The notes: generated by a model not told the origin, from the sequence alone. Positions 1 through 12,467 are shown, numbered from the stretch's first letter. The stretch is 64,000 nt of DNA from an uncultured delta proteobacterium (GCA_903911145.1 CAIWCD010000014.1:62001-126000); one strand, 5' to 3'. Made by a program: numbers and translations.

Positions 1-113
1 GCGGACGATGAACCAACGGTTCGTTGCGCGCCACCGCGATCTGCGCGAGCAACCCAGCGCCGCGCACGTCGTTGCACCGCCTCTCCCGCGCGTGCTAGAC
101 CGCGCCCTCCCGA

Positions 114-1919
<1,806 letters not shown>

Positions 1920-1927
1920 AGGGGCGC

Positions 1928-3100
1928 GTGGCGAATTCGGAGGAAGCGAAGCAGATCGCCGAGGAGCGCCACGAGGCCGCGTTGGTTGCCGCTTCCGACG
2001 AGGGGGCTGCTGCCTACTATCGGGTCGCGGGAATCTGGCGACTATTCCTCGCTCCCACGTTTGCCGGCATTCTCAGCGTGGTCGCCAAGCAGCGGTTGCA
2101 CCACCAGGACTATCTGCTCGGTTCACTCGCGGCCTTCGCATCTCTCTTTGTTCTCTCGATGGTCGCAAGCCCGACGCACTGGGGCTTTGTCTGGCGCATC
2201 CGGAGCGAGGCGAAAGGATTGGGACGGACGGCGCGATCCCTGCTGAAGAAGAATCGCGCGCGCATCGGAGAGCCGGCCGCGCTCGAAGTGGAAGCGGCGA
2301 TCCGGGAGCTCGACGCCGCGCTCGGGAAGAAGAAGCTGGTCGCGGTGCAGGACGCGCGGGTGTCGCTTGATGAGACGCTCGAGAAGCATCTCGCTTTTGC
2401 GCGCAAGAGCGCTGCGCGCGAATACACCGAGAGCATCGGTGGAATGATTCTGCTCGCACTGGTGCTGCGCGCGTTCGTCTTCGAGCCGTTTCATATTCCC
2501 TCCGGCTCGATGATTCCGACGCTGCTCGTCGGGGATTTCATCTTTGTGAACAAGATGGTCTATGGCCTGCGCATTCCCTTCTCCGATCCTGCGAAGGTTC
2601 ATAAGCTCGGCGAGAAGCCTCCGGAGCGCGGCGACGTCGTTGTCTTCATCGTTCCCAAGCGACCCGACGTTGATTACGTCAAGCGGGTCATCGGAATTCC
2701 CGGCGATCGCATTGAAGTCCAGGACAACCAGGTCTGGGTCAATGGCCAACTGCAGACGCGGACCGACCTCGGCGATTACACCTATAGCGAGCACTCCGAA
2801 TATACCGACACCGATCTCGACGTGACGGCGAACGAGTACAGCGAAGACTTGATGGGCGTGAAGCATCTGATCATCACCCGCAAGGAGCCGATGTACAGCC
2901 GCAATGGCTCATTCGTCGTCGAGCCGGGCCGCTTCTTCGTGATGGGTGATAATCGCGATAACTCGATGGACAGCCGCGTTGATGGCGGGCCGGGGCAGAT
3001 CCCGTTCAGCTACATCAAGGGGCGCGCGAGCATCATCTGGATCTCGTTCGGTGGTGAATACGGGATCCGCTTTAATCGAATGTTCAACAGCGTTCATTAA
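1928..3100 (+). CDS. lepB: Signal peptidase I with long N-terminal membrane/helical extension
   Basis: IPSGSMIPTL (catalytic Ser), YVKRVIGIPGD (catalytic Lys), MGDNRDNSMDSR boxes; lepA-lepB order. Confidence 0.96.
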   Translation: MANSEEAKQIAEERHEAALVAASDEGAAAYYRVAGIWRLFLAPTFAGILSVVAKQRLHHQDYLLGSLAAFASLFVLSMVASPTHWGFVWRIRSEAKGLGRTARSLLKKNRARIGEPAALEVEAAIRELDAALGKKKLVAVQDARVSLDETLEKHLAFARKSAAREYTESIGGMILLALVLRAFVFEPFHIPSGSMIPTLLVGDFIFVNKMVYGLRIPFSDPAKVHKLGEKPPERGDVVVFIVPKRPDVDYVKRVIGIPGDRIEVQDNQVWVNGQLQTRTDLGDYTYSEHSEYTDTDLDVTANEYSEDLMGVKHLIITRKEPMYSRNGSFVVEPGRFFVMGDNRDNSMDSRVDGGPGQIPFSYIKGRASIIWISFGGEYGIRFNRMFNSVH

Positions 3101-3127
3101 CCAGACTTGAATCCCGGAGAGTTCTCG

Positions 3128-3559
3128 ATGCGGCGATCGCGCGAGCGTGGATTGACCTTTGTCACCGTCTTGATGCTGCTCGCTGTCGCGGCGGGGATCT
3201 ATTGGATCGCCGTGTTCGGGCAGATCTATTGGGACAATCGGGAGGTGAAGGCACTGCTGATGCAGGCGGCGAATTCGGCCTACCAGCAGAAGGACGATAA
3301 GTTTGTGCGCCTGTATCTGGTGCGTTCTCTCGACGATAAGTTCGGATATGACGTCGATGACGGCAGCGGGCATACCGCACGCCGCAATCGGCTGGAATAT
3401 GAGCCCGACGATCTCAAGCTTGAGCGCGTCCAGACGCCGCCCTTGATTCGCATCGATCTGCGCTATACGCGGACGTTCACACTGCCAATCTTCGGCGGGC
3501 TCCGCGTGGTCTCATTCAACGACCACGCCGAGCAGGATCTCTCTGTCGTGAAGTGGTGA
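3128..3559 (+). CDS. Pilin-like N-terminal membrane protein (DUF4845-like)
   Basis: RGLTFVTVLMLL prepilin-like N-terminus followed by a hydrophobic helix; GGAG before ATG 3128; typical position after lepB. Confidence 0.6.
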   Translation: MRRSRERGLTFVTVLMLLAVAAGIYWIAVFGQIYWDNREVKALLMQAANSAYQQKDDKFVRLYLVRSLDDKFGYDVDDGSGHTARRNRLEYEPDDLKLERVQTPPLIRIDLRYTRTFTLPIFGGLRVVSFNDHAEQDLSVVKW

Positions 3560-3583
3560 GCGCACGCTCCTGGGTGATCTTCT

Positions 3584-5881
3584 TCAGGCGATGCGGAAGT
3601 GGGTTGCGACGCGCAACAGGATGAGCGCGCCGTCGCGCAGATGAACGAGCAGACCGAGATCTGGCAACAGGGCTGCGGAGTCGACGTCGGCCATCGCGGG
3701 CCGGGCGAGCGTGCGGCCGCTCTCGACATCGACGAACTCCGCGGCGTCGGCGCAGAGAAGAATCGTGGTGTCGCGCTGGATGGGCGCCAACGGAGGAGAA
3801 AGCGTGGGAGTGAGCGCGGGCCGCGCCCAGAGCGGGTTTCCGCGCGCATCAAAGAGCGTCGCGCTCGCCCCGGGACCCACCGCGAGCAGAGCGCTGCCGG
3901 CGGAACGTTCGATGGAATGAATGCGGCTGTTCGCGCTCCACGGCAACTCACGCGTGAACGCGGGCGCGCCATCTTCGAGTCGAAACGCGATGAGTGAACG
4001 GTCGGTGAGCGTCGCGCAGAGTTCATCCGTGAGCGCCAGTTCGCGCGCTGCTCCTCGATCGGTCTGCGGTGCGATCGGCCGCTCCCAGAGCGACTCTCCG
4101 GTGGTGACCGCGAGCGCGACCAGGCGAGTTGCGCCGCGCAGATCTGTCGCGCAGAGGATCAGTCGCGCACCGCGGATCTGCATGGCGGTGCTGCTCACGC
4201 CGACGCGCCGGCGCCACAACTCGGCTCCATCGGAGGCGTCGATGCCGACGAGCTGGCCGCTGGGAAGCCGCGCGACGATGACGCCGTCGCCTTCGCAGAC
4301 GAAGAGGGGCTCCTCGGGCAGTCGGGTCCGGAACGCGAGCGTGCCGTCGTCGCGGACGAGCGCGAGTCCTTTCGCACTGAGCGTCACGACGCAGCCGCGT
4401 GCAACGCGAAAGCAGCGCTCGCCCGCGCGGGAAATGACGCGGCGAAAGATCTGCTCGCCGGACTCGGGTCGAAGGTGGACGAGCGCGCCCTCGTGGAGCG
4501 CGAAGAGCCCGCCGTCGTTGGCGCGGCAGAACGCATCCGGCCGCGCGAAGGGACCGTCGAGTTGCCAGAGCCGCGCTGAGGTCGACAGCTCGATGGCGAC
4601 AAGGCCGGTGGCCGCTTCGAGGATGGCAACCTGCGCGCCAGCGAAGAGATGAATCGCGCGCTCGCCGAGAGGGCCGACCGGGATCTCGAACGCGACGCGA
4701 TGGACGAGGCGCCGCAGCCGCGCTGGGAGCGGTCGAGCGGACTCGGACGCGGTCGAGAGGATAGGCGGAAGAGCGGCCTGCGGCGCGCGCTGCAGCTGTC
4801 CGGTCGAGAGATCGCGGCAGTGCTTGAGCAGCGCGGTCGCGGTCGCCGCAAGCTCCTCGAGCGGCTCGTCGACAGAGGGAGTTGTGGCGCCACGAACTCT
4901 TGTCCGTGCGCGCTTGGCAAATGCAACCGCGGCTCTGGCGCAGGCCTCGGCGAAGACGAGCGGCGGCGCGTGCATCGCCTCGCGCAGGCTTGCGCTTCGC
5001 AGCTCGTCGCGCGTGAGGTCGAAGCGCAGTTCGTGCACGCCGAAGTGGAGCAGATGCAGCGGCTCTCCCGATTCGAACGTCGCGATCAACGCTTGAGCGC
5101 CGCGCAGCAGTTCGCGCAGAGCAAGCCAGGGTGGTGCGGTGAGCGTGAGCGCGGGCAAGCGCGCACGCGTCGAGGTTCGCGGTGGATGCGAGAACCGGAG
5201 CGTGAGTTCTCCAGGGCCCAGCAACGCCGCGAGCGGAGCCTCCGGAATCGCCGCCCGCGCGGCCAGTCGTGCTGCAGATTCAGGCGGGACGCTCACGTCG
5301 ACGCGCACGGCAGCTGCCCCGCTGCGCGAGACAAATCCCTTCCGCGCCGTGTGCGGTGCAGGCCACGGCGGCGCGGGCAGCGTTGCAGCTCGGGAGAGCG
5401 TGCCGAGATCGCGTGTGAGACGACGCACGCTCGGCGCGCCGCGCAGCGCGCTGTTGGTCTCAAGCAGATCTCCGACAACGCGCGAGGCCGCGCCCAGCAA
5501 GCTCGCGCGCAATCGCGCGGCGTCGACGAGGAGCCGATTGGCGAGCAGTCGCGCGGGCGCCCGCATCGACAGGAGCGAGAGAAGCACGTCGTCGCCGCGC
5601 GCCTGCAGAACGAGATAGGTCGGCCCGATTCCGATGCAGGCCTGCGCTGCGGGTGCTCCTTGCGCGAGGCGCAACACCGCCTGCAGGAGCGCGCCGAGGC
5701 TTGCAAAGAGCGGCGTCTCTCCGACAGTCGCGCAGACGTCGACGCCATCGAACTCGATGCCGAGCACGTCGAGGATCTGCGCGCCATCGAAGGTGCGCAG
5801 GCCGTCGCTGTCGAGCCCTGTGAGCGCACTCACGTAGCTCGGGTTGTGTCGCCAGGAGCGGCCGGGGCGCAGAGTGAACAC
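3584..5881 (-). CDS. Hypothetical protein with C-terminal PQQ-like beta-propeller repeats
   Basis: Repeated blades LVGIDASDGAELWRR, LVALAVTTGESLWER, LFDARGNPLW; start moved to GTG ~5881 because the further upstream part of the ORF is antisense to the TldD gene. Confidence 0.7.
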   Translation of the reverse strand: MFTLRPGRSWRHNPSYVSALTGLDSDGLRTFDGAQILDVLGIEFDGVDVCATVGETPLFASLGALLQAVLRLAQGAPAAQACIGIGPTYLVLQARGDDVLLSLLSMRAPARLLANRLLVDAARLRASLLGAASRVVGDLLETNSALRGAPSVRRLTRDLGTLSRAATLPAPPWPAPHTARKGFVSRSGAAAVRVDVSVPPESAARLAARAAIPEAPLAALLGPGELTLRFSHPPRTSTRARLPALTLTAPPWLALRELLRGAQALIATFESGEPLHLLHFGVHELRFDLTRDELRSASLREAMHAPPLVFAEACARAAVAFAKRARTRVRGATTPSVDEPLEELAATATALLKHCRDLSTGQLQRAPQAALPPILSTASESARPLPARLRRLVHRVAFEIPVGPLGERAIHLFAGAQVAILEAATGLVAIELSTSARLWQLDGPFARPDAFCRANDGGLFALHEGALVHLRPESGEQIFRRVISRAGERCFRVARGCVVTLSAKGLALVRDDGTLAFRTRLPEEPLFVCEGDGVIVARLPSGQLVGIDASDGAELWRRRVGVSSTAMQIRGARLILCATDLRGATRLVALAVTTGESLWERPIAPQTDRGAARELALTDELCATLTDRSLIAFRLEDGAPAFTRELPWSANSRIHSIERSAGSALLAVGPGASATLFDARGNPLWARPALTPTLSPPLAPIQRDTTILLCADAAEFVDVESGRTLARPAMADVDSAALLPDLGLLVHLRDGALILLRVATHFRIA

Positions 5882-5950
5882 GGCGCAGACATTAACAGGG
5901 CGTTCGAGGTTGACGTCTCGCCGATCGCGCGCGTCGGTTACAGTCGCTCC

Positions 5951-7666
5951 ATGCTTCCACTGCTGATCGCGCTCCTCGCCGCAGGCACGACTCCCTCCGC
6001 TTCCTCCTCGCCGCCCGCGGCGTGGAAAGCCGATCCCGCCGATTCGCGGCAACGCATGCTGGGCGCGCTCGCGGATGAACTCGAGCGATCGCTGCGCGAA
6101 CTGAAATTGCGCGACCACGAGAGCCCCTATTTCGTTTCGGGCGCAGTGCGTGGGGTCGAGACCGAAGAGATTGCGTCGAAATATGGGGCCATCTTCGTCG
6201 ATGCCCTCAAGCGGGAGCGGCATCTTCAGGTCGACGTGCGCGTCGGCAGCTATGAACTCGACAACACGGGGAATGCGGAGATGTTCGATTTCGACGGCGC
6301 TGAATCGGGATATGCGCCCGGGCGCGAGGCGCCGATCGACGAAGGCACGCAGGCCTTGCGCACTGCGGCCTGGCTGCTCGCGGACGAGAGCTACAAGCAC
6401 GCGCTCTCGGCCTATTTGAAGAAGAAGGGAAAGGAGATCTATCGTCCCGATGATCCGGAGCGGCCGGCGAGCCTGTCGCGCGAGCCTGCGTCGGTGAAGA
6501 TCGCGCCGCCGCAGAGTGCCCCGTTCGATCGCGTGCTCTGGAAGACGGAACTGGGGCGGGAGAGCGCGCGCCTTTCGGCGATTCCCGAACTGTTTGATGC
6601 GCAGCTGCGCGCGTCGGTGGATCGGACCGAACGGCTGATCGCGAATACGGAAGGAACGCGGATTGTCTCGGTGCAGGCCATCTATGCGCTGCACGCACAG
6701 GCGTGGGCACGCGCGCCGGATGGAATGCTCCTCGAGGATAGTCGCGATTGGTATGGCTTCAGCGAGGAGCAGCTGCCGCGCGGCGCGAAGCTCGCTGCCG
6801 AATTGGATATCCTTGCCGGTGAATTGATCTCGCTGCGCAAGGCGCCGGTGCTCGATCCGTATACCGGTCCTGCGCTGCTCGCGCCCGAGGCCGCTGGGGT
6901 TCTCTTTCATGAGGCGGTCGGTCACCGGCTCGAGGGAGAGCGGCAGAACGACGACCACGATGGCCATACCTTTAAAGGCCAGGTCGGTAAGCTGATCCTT
7001 CCTCCGTTTATTACCGTGATCGACGATGCGACGAGAGGGAGCGTCGGGACGACCTCATTAAACGGATACTTCGATTTCGACGATCAAGGCGTGCCGGCGC
7101 AGAGGACCGTGCTCGTCAAGAGCGGCGTTCTGCAGAACTTCCTGATGTCGCGCGCACCCGTGCAGGGCTTCACGCGGAGCAATGGCCACGGCCGTTCGGC
7201 CGCGGGGCGAGATCCGGTCGCGCGGATGTCGAACCTGATTGTCGAGTCGTCGAAGGTGCTCACCCGCGCTGAACTCAAGGCGGCGCTGATCGCAGAGGCG
7301 AAGCGGCAAGGCAAGCCATATGGACTGCTGATTCGCGATGTGTCGGGAGGGAATACCGATACCAGCGGATATGGATATCAAGCATTCAAGGGTCAGCCTC
7401 GGCTCGTCTATCGGGTCGATGCTGCAACGGGTGCGGAAGAGTTGGTTCGTGGCGTCGAGGTCGTTGGCACTCCGCTCTCGAGCATCAATAAGATCGCCGC
7501 GACAGGAGATGATACCCAGGTATTCGACGGCTATTGCGGCGCCGAGAGCGGATATGTGCCGGTGAGCACTGTCGCGCCGACGATTCTCATCAATGAAATC
7601 GAATTGCAGCGCACGCGAAAGGATACCGGGAGGCCGCCGGTGCTTCGGTCGCCGCTGCTGAAGTAG
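5951..7666 (+). CDS. TldD/PmbA-family metalloprotease with predicted signal peptide
   Basis: FHEAVGHRLE zinc motif, FDDQGVPAQ, SNGHGR, ARMSNL, GYCGAESG; N-terminus MLPLLIALLAAG. Confidence 0.88.
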   Translation: MLPLLIALLAAGTTPSASSSPPAAWKADPADSRQRMLGALADELERSLRELKLRDHESPYFVSGAVRGVETEEIASKYGAIFVDALKRERHLQVDVRVGSYELDNTGNAEMFDFDGAESGYAPGREAPIDEGTQALRTAAWLLADESYKHALSAYLKKKGKEIYRPDDPERPASLSREPASVKIAPPQSAPFDRVLWKTELGRESARLSAIPELFDAQLRASVDRTERLIANTEGTRIVSVQAIYALHAQAWARAPDGMLLEDSRDWYGFSEEQLPRGAKLAAELDILAGELISLRKAPVLDPYTGPALLAPEAAGVLFHEAVGHRLEGERQNDDHDGHTFKGQVGKLILPPFITVIDDATRGSVGTTSLNGYFDFDDQGVPAQRTVLVKSGVLQNFLMSRAPVQGFTRSNGHGRSAAGRDPVARMSNLIVESSKVLTRAELKAALIAEAKRQGKPYGLLIRDVSGGNTDTSGYGYQAFKGQPRLVYRVDAATGAEELVRGVEVVGTPLSSINKIAATGDDTQVFDGYCGAESGYVPVSTVAPTILINEIELQRTRKDTGRPPVLRSPLLK

Positions 7667-7814
7667 CGGGGGGCGCAGGGCGCGCGCCTCCTCGTTGCCT
7701 TGGCTCCACCCGGGATTCGGACGCAGTTGTCGGATTTTCCCTCGGTCAACTGGCGCGTTTGCCTTCTGCGCGACAGTGCCTATCCTCACGACTCACTTTG
7801 CGAGGGGAATCCCA

Positions 7815-8834
7815 ATGCGGCAGATCTGGATCACGCGACCCGGCGGTCCTGAAGTTCTCGAGATTCGTGAAGCGGCTGATCCGTCGCCCGCCGCAGGCGA
7901 GGTGCGCATCCGCGTGCGCGCGATTGGAATCAATTTCGCGGATACCATGGCCCGCCTCGGCCTATATCCCGATGCGCCGCCGCTGCCGTTTGTTCCCGGA
8001 TATGAAGTATCGGGCTTGATCGATGCGGTTGGCTCTGGCGTTGATCCGGCGCGCATCGGCGAACGCGTCGTCGCGCTCACTCGATTCAATGGATATGCCG
8101 ATACCGTCTGCACGCTGGCCTCAGGCGCGCTGCCTCTCGCCGCGAATATCTCGTTTGCGGCTGGCGCCTCGATCCCCGTCGTCTGGCTGACCGCGTGGCA
8201 TATGCTCGTTCATCTCGGCAATCTGCAGAAGGGCCAGCGCGTGCTCGTTCACGCAGCGGCCGGCGGCGTCGGGACGGCGGCGCTGCAGATTGCAAAGCAT
8301 ATCGGCGCAGAGGTGCTCGGCACGGCTTCGCCGGGAAAGCACGCGCGCCTGCGCGAAATGGGAATCGCCCACGCCATCGATTATCGCAGCCAGGATTTCG
8401 AAGCGGAGGTGATGCGGATCACCGAGGGGAAGGGCGTGCACATCGCCCTCGACGCGGTCGGCGGCGCGTCGTTCAAGAAGAGCTACCGCACGCTCGCGCC
8501 GACGGGAAAGCTGATGATGTTCGGCGCCAGCGCAGTCAGCACGGGACTTGGTCGCAATCTCTTCGCTGCCGTCGGGACGATGATTGGGATGCCAATCTTC
8601 TTCCCGGTTGGATTGATGAATACCAACCGGGGCGTGATGGGCGTGAATATGGGCAAGCTCTGGGGCGAGGTCGAGCTCCTGACCGGATATCTGCGCGATA
8701 TCCTCAAGCTCGTCGAGGCCGGGACCTTCCAGCCGATTGTCGATCTCGAGGTGCCCTTCGAGCAGGTGGGCAAGGCGCACGAGCGGCTCGCGGCGCGCGA
8801 GAACTTCGGCAAGGTCGTGCTGGTCGTAGGCTGA
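7815..8834 (+). CDS. MDR-family NADPH oxidoreductase (VAT-1/quinone reductase-like)
   Basis: GINFADTMARLGLYP, PGYEVSG, VLVHAAAGGVG, NFGKVVL; GAGGGG RBS. Confidence 0.9.
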   Translation: MRQIWITRPGGPEVLEIREAADPSPAAGEVRIRVRAIGINFADTMARLGLYPDAPPLPFVPGYEVSGLIDAVGSGVDPARIGERVVALTRFNGYADTVCTLASGALPLAANISFAAGASIPVVWLTAWHMLVHLGNLQKGQRVLVHAAAGGVGTAALQIAKHIGAEVLGTASPGKHARLREMGIAHAIDYRSQDFEAEVMRITEGKGVHIALDAVGGASFKKSYRTLAPTGKLMMFGASAVSTGLGRNLFAAVGTMIGMPIFFPVGLMNTNRGVMGVNMGKLWGEVELLTGYLRDILKLVEAGTFQPIVDLEVPFEQVGKAHERLAARENFGKVVLVVG

Positions 8835-8861
8835 ACGCGCGCGTGGGCGTTCGTGGATTTC

Positions 8862-10721
8862 TCAGGGCGAGGAGCGACTCGTTCGCGGAGGACTTCCGGG
8901 CGCCATCTGTTCGTCGGCCAGCGAGAGATTTGGCGAGTAGAGCGGGTCGTTTGCGAGGCGCGGCCAGCGCAGGAGCATTGTCTGCATCTCCCGCGCGAAC
9001 CGCTCGGCTTTCTCAACGGAGAGATCGGCGCCGCGGCTCCACGACTCGTGATGGATAAGCTCTGCGGTGGGCACGTAGAGGTTGCGCAGGCCACGCCGCG
9101 ATAGCCGCAAGCAGAGATCGACGTCGTTGAACGCGACAGGAAGTTCACGCTCATCAAATCCTCCCGCGTCGAGGAACAGCTCGCGGCGGAGCACCATGCA
9201 GGCGGCGGTGACGACGGAGCTTCCACGCAGTACCTGGGCCCAGCCGTGCGGACCGAAGTCGTCGCGTGCGCGGCCGCGCAAGAGGTGGCCGGCAAGGCCG
9301 AGCACGCCGGTCGCTACGCCCGCATGTTGCACGCGGCCGTCGGGATAAAGCAGCCGCGCACCGACCGCGCCGATCTCCGGGCGCAGCGCGTGGCCGGCCA
9401 TCTCCGAGAGCCACGACGGGTCGAGGATCTCGAGATCGTCATTGAGCAGTGCCAGCAGCAATCCGCTCGCTTCTCTCGCAGCGCGGTTGTTGAGCGCCGA
9501 GAAATTGAACGGGCGATCGTCGCGCAGCACGCGCGCGCTGACGCCGGGATTCACTGCGCGCGCACGTGCTGGCAGCTCGTCAAGGAAGCGAAGCGTCTCT
9601 TGATCCCGGCTGCCGTTGTCGATGACGATCAACTCGAGCGGGCGCCAATCGGTGCGCGTGAGAAGTCCGTCGATGCAGCGGCGCAGCACCGCGACCCCGT
9701 CGCGCGTTGGAACCAGCACGCTGATGAGCGGCCGCTCTGTGGCAAGAGCGATCTGGATACGGCGGGTGTGTGGCACGGGTCCTGGCGCGACGCTGGCTCC
9801 CGGGAGTGCCGCGGAAAAGTGAGCCTGCAGCGCGCGAATCCGAGCCTCGTCGCCCCCCGTTTCTTCGAGCGCGTAGCTCTGGTCGCCCAGATGGGCCAGC
9901 ACGTGCGGGATGCGGCGCGCGCTCTCTCTTCCGGCAGCGCGCAGCAGCAGATCGAACTTCTCCGCCGGCGCGAATGCCGCCCGCAGTCCGAGCTCGCGGG
10001 CGCGCTGCGTGCGGACCAGCGCAAACGGGCTGAGATAGTCGACTGACCAGAGCAGCTCGGGGTCGAACTCGCCCTTGAAGAAGGGATCGCAGCGGGCGCC
10101 GTCCGCGGACTTCCGGTCGTGATCGGCGTAGAGAACGTCGATCATCGGGTTGGCCGCGATCTCCTCGGCGCAGATGAGGAGCGTCTCGTCGCGCAGCTCG
10201 GTGCCGTCCTCGAGAAGGCAGAGATGGCTCCCGCGCGCGGCGTCGATCGCTGCGCTCCATGCGCTCGGCCGATCGGGGAAGCGACCAAGCGCGCGCATGC
10301 GTGGGTCGGCCGCCGCGGCCTTGGCGACAAGGTCATCCAGTCCGGCCGGCGCGTCCGCTCGACAGGAAAGTAAGAGCTCCCAGCGGGGATGGATCTGCAC
10401 TTGCGCCGCGGCCAGTGCGGCCCGAAGCGATTCCTCCGAGCCGAGCGGCTCACGGATCAACGAGATCACCTCCGCATTGCGAAGAGCCCCCGCGCGTGCG
10501 GCGAGCCCCGTGCGCGCGGCTGCATCGAGCCGGTCGTGCCGCTCAATCCAGGCGGGATAGGAGAGCGCTTCGCCGAGGTTCTTGCCGCGAGAAAGCCAGA
10601 CGGCAAGCCCGCGCGTGCCTCCGAGGCGGAGTGCTCGTGCGGCGCGGGAGAGGGCGCGCAGGAGCTGCGAAGGCTCGCGCAAGAGGCGGAGCGGTCCGCG
10701 AGTGGCGTCGTTCGCGGTCAC
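8862..10721 (-). CDS. Tandem GT2 glycosyltransferase (first domain degenerate)
   Basis: ISVLVPTRDG, VIDNGS, FNFSALNN, LLNDD, QHAGV, FNDVDLCLR, DPLYSPNLS; start uncertain (GTG 10721; ORF open to 10784). Confidence 0.85.
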   Translation of the reverse strand: MTANDATRGPLRLLREPSQLLRALSRAARALRLGGTRGLAVWLSRGKNLGEALSYPAWIERHDRLDAAARTGLAARAGALRNAEVISLIREPLGSEESLRAALAAAQVQIHPRWELLLSCRADAPAGLDDLVAKAAAADPRMRALGRFPDRPSAWSAAIDAARGSHLCLLEDGTELRDETLLICAEEIAANPMIDVLYADHDRKSADGARCDPFFKGEFDPELLWSVDYLSPFALVRTQRARELGLRAAFAPAEKFDLLLRAAGRESARRIPHVLAHLGDQSYALEETGGDEARIRALQAHFSAALPGASVAPGPVPHTRRIQIALATERPLISVLVPTRDGVAVLRRCIDGLLTRTDWRPLELIVIDNGSRDQETLRFLDELPARARAVNPGVSARVLRDDRPFNFSALNNRAAREASGLLLALLNDDLEILDPSWLSEMAGHALRPEIGAVGARLLYPDGRVQHAGVATGVLGLAGHLLRGRARDDFGPHGWAQVLRGSSVVTAACMVLRRELFLDAGGFDERELPVAFNDVDLCLRLSRRGLRNLYVPTAELIHHESWSRGADLSVEKAERFAREMQTMLLRWPRLANDPLYSPNLSLADEQMAPGSPPRTSRSSP

Positions 10722-10858
10722 GCCGCGCGGCTGTAGCGCAATGCGGTTATTGGCGCAATCGAGGCCTTCCCTATGCATCTCCAACAGGCGAACTCAACGG
10801 GGGCCCCGGCGCGCGGTTGGCGCAACCGGCGCTCCACCCGCGCGCCCTACATTGAGGG

Positions 10859-11584
10859 CTACAGGCGACCAGCCAACCGGTCGAAACGAAGCTTCCAAAC
10901 TACTGCCACCGCTTCGAGGAAAACCTTGCGGCTCATCTTCGATTTCCCGAGCGTGCGATCACGAAAGACGATCGGCACCTCCTTGACCCGCATCCCCGCG
11001 CAGGCAAGGCGATACGTCATCTCGATCTGAAACGAGTATCCGTTGGACCGGACGGTGGTCAGATCCAACGCGTTCAGTGCGACCGCGCTAAAGCCCTTGT
11101 AGCCCGAGGTCAGATCGTTGACCCCCAAGCCGAGGATGGTTCGGGCATAGATCGAGCCGCCCTTGGAGAGCACATGGCGACCCGGGCCCCAGCCCTCGAC
11201 GCGGCCGCCAGGGATGTTGCGCGAGCCGATCACCACGTCGAATCCCTCATCCAGAGCGCGGAAGAAGTCGGGCAGATGCTGCGGGTCGTGAGACAGATCC
11301 GCATCCATTTCCAGGAATCGTTCGTAGCCCTGCGCCAGGCCTCGCTGGAATGCTTGCAGATAGGCGGTTCCCAGCCCGAGTTTCCCCGATCGGTGCAGCA
11401 CCGTCACGCGCCGATCCGCCGCTGCGAGCCGATCGGCGAGCTCCCCTGTTCCGTCGGGTGAGTTGTCATCGACGATCAGGATGTCGCAATGAGGGGCGGC
11501 AATGCGTACGGCCGCGACGAACCCTTCCAGGTTCTCTTTCTCATTGTACGTCGGCGTGACGATCAACGTCTTCGGGCTTGGCAT
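10859..11584 (-). CDS. Polyprenol-phosphate glycosyltransferase (DPM1/Ppm1-like GT2)
   Basis: PTYNEKEN, VDDNSPDGTG, GLGTAY, MDADLSHDP, DLTSGY, SNGYSFQIEM, SKMS. Confidence 0.92.
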   Translation of the reverse strand: MPSPKTLIVTPTYNEKENLEGFVAAVRIAAPHCDILIVDDNSPDGTGELADRLAAADRRVTVLHRSGKLGLGTAYLQAFQRGLAQGYERFLEMDADLSHDPQHLPDFFRALDEGFDVVIGSRNIPGGRVEGWGPGRHVLSKGGSIYARTILGLGVNDLTSGYKGFSAVALNALDLTTVRSNGYSFQIEMTYRLACAGMRVKEVPIVFRDRTLGKSKMSRKVFLEAVAVVWKLRFDRLAGRL

Positions 11585-11654
11585 GGCAATGAGGGCTCGG
11601 TCTGGCTCGGTCGTTACGATTGGATTGGGATCGCCGCGAATGCTTCGGCGGATC

Positions 11655-12467
11655 CTATCCAGCCAGGACGCCGGCTGGTTGAATCGACTCGGAGGCGGTC
11701 CGGCGTCTGGCGACCAGAAGCACCAGATTCCCGAACGGGTGACGCCATTTCTGATGGGGAACTGCTCGGGAGAGAGCATGCGCCAGTGAATAGGAGAGGC
11801 CCGCCAGGAACGGAGTCAGAAAGTGGGTCGTAGTCTTGAGCTCGACCGCGAACTCTTCATGGAAGCGGGGGTAGAGTTCAGCCAGTCGCTTCTCCATATT
11901 GAAATAAGTAAATTTTGTTACATGCTGTTCCTCGTAGCTGATCGAGGAGAAGCGGTTAAGCAAGATCTCGATTAGAGGCCACGCGCTGGCATAGTTTGGC
12001 GTGGTGATCACCAAGCGCCCTCCAGGAGCGAGTTTGCGCGAGAGGCGACCGAGCAGAACCTGAACTTCTTCCTGATTGAGGTGTTCGATGACCTCAATGA
12101 GAGTCACGCAATCGAACTGCTCGGTGAGACTATCCAGTTGGCTTACGTCAACGAGGTGTCGGAATTCGCGGTAGCTCGTCTGGTAGTGCTGCCGCGCATA
12201 TTCGATTTGCGCAGCGAGGATATCGACCCCAACCTGGTGGGAAAACTGGGTCTCTGGAACCATAGAGAGGAACGAGCCGGCGAAACAGCCGACATCTAAC
12301 AGGGAGCGCATCCCGGTGGTCGGCAAGCAATCGAGGACGCGTTCGAATTTCGAGAGGTGCCAGAGGCGCCGGATCGGGTTTCCTCCCCGCAGGACGGAAT
12401 CGTAATAGCCGACCGGGATTTGCCCGTAGTCAAAGGCGGGTTGAACTGGTGCGTCATTTTCGTTCAT
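11655..12467 (-). CDS. Class I SAM-dependent methyltransferase
   Basis: LLDVGCFAG, GVDI, IEVIEHL, PGGRLVITTPN; start ATG 12467 or 12479. Confidence 0.85.
   Translation of the reverse strand: MNENDAPVQPAFDYGQIPVGYYDSVLRGGNPIRRLWHLSKFERVLDCLPTTGMRSLLDVGCFAGSFLSMVPETQFSHQVGVDILAAQIEYARQHYQTSYREFRHLVDVSQLDSLTEQFDCVTLIEVIEHLNQEEVQVLLGRLSRKLAPGGRLVITTPNYASAWPLIEILLNRFSSISYEEQHVTKFTYFNMEKRLAELYPRFHEEFAVELKTTTHFLTPFLAGLSYSLAHALSRAVPHQKWRHPFGNLVLLVARRRTASESIQPAGVLAG

Noticed and set aside
4649..6967. Long overlapping extensions of ORFs 3584..6967 (-) and 4649..7666 (+)
   Set aside because: Each extension is the antisense shadow of the other gene; real starts are near 5881 and 5951.
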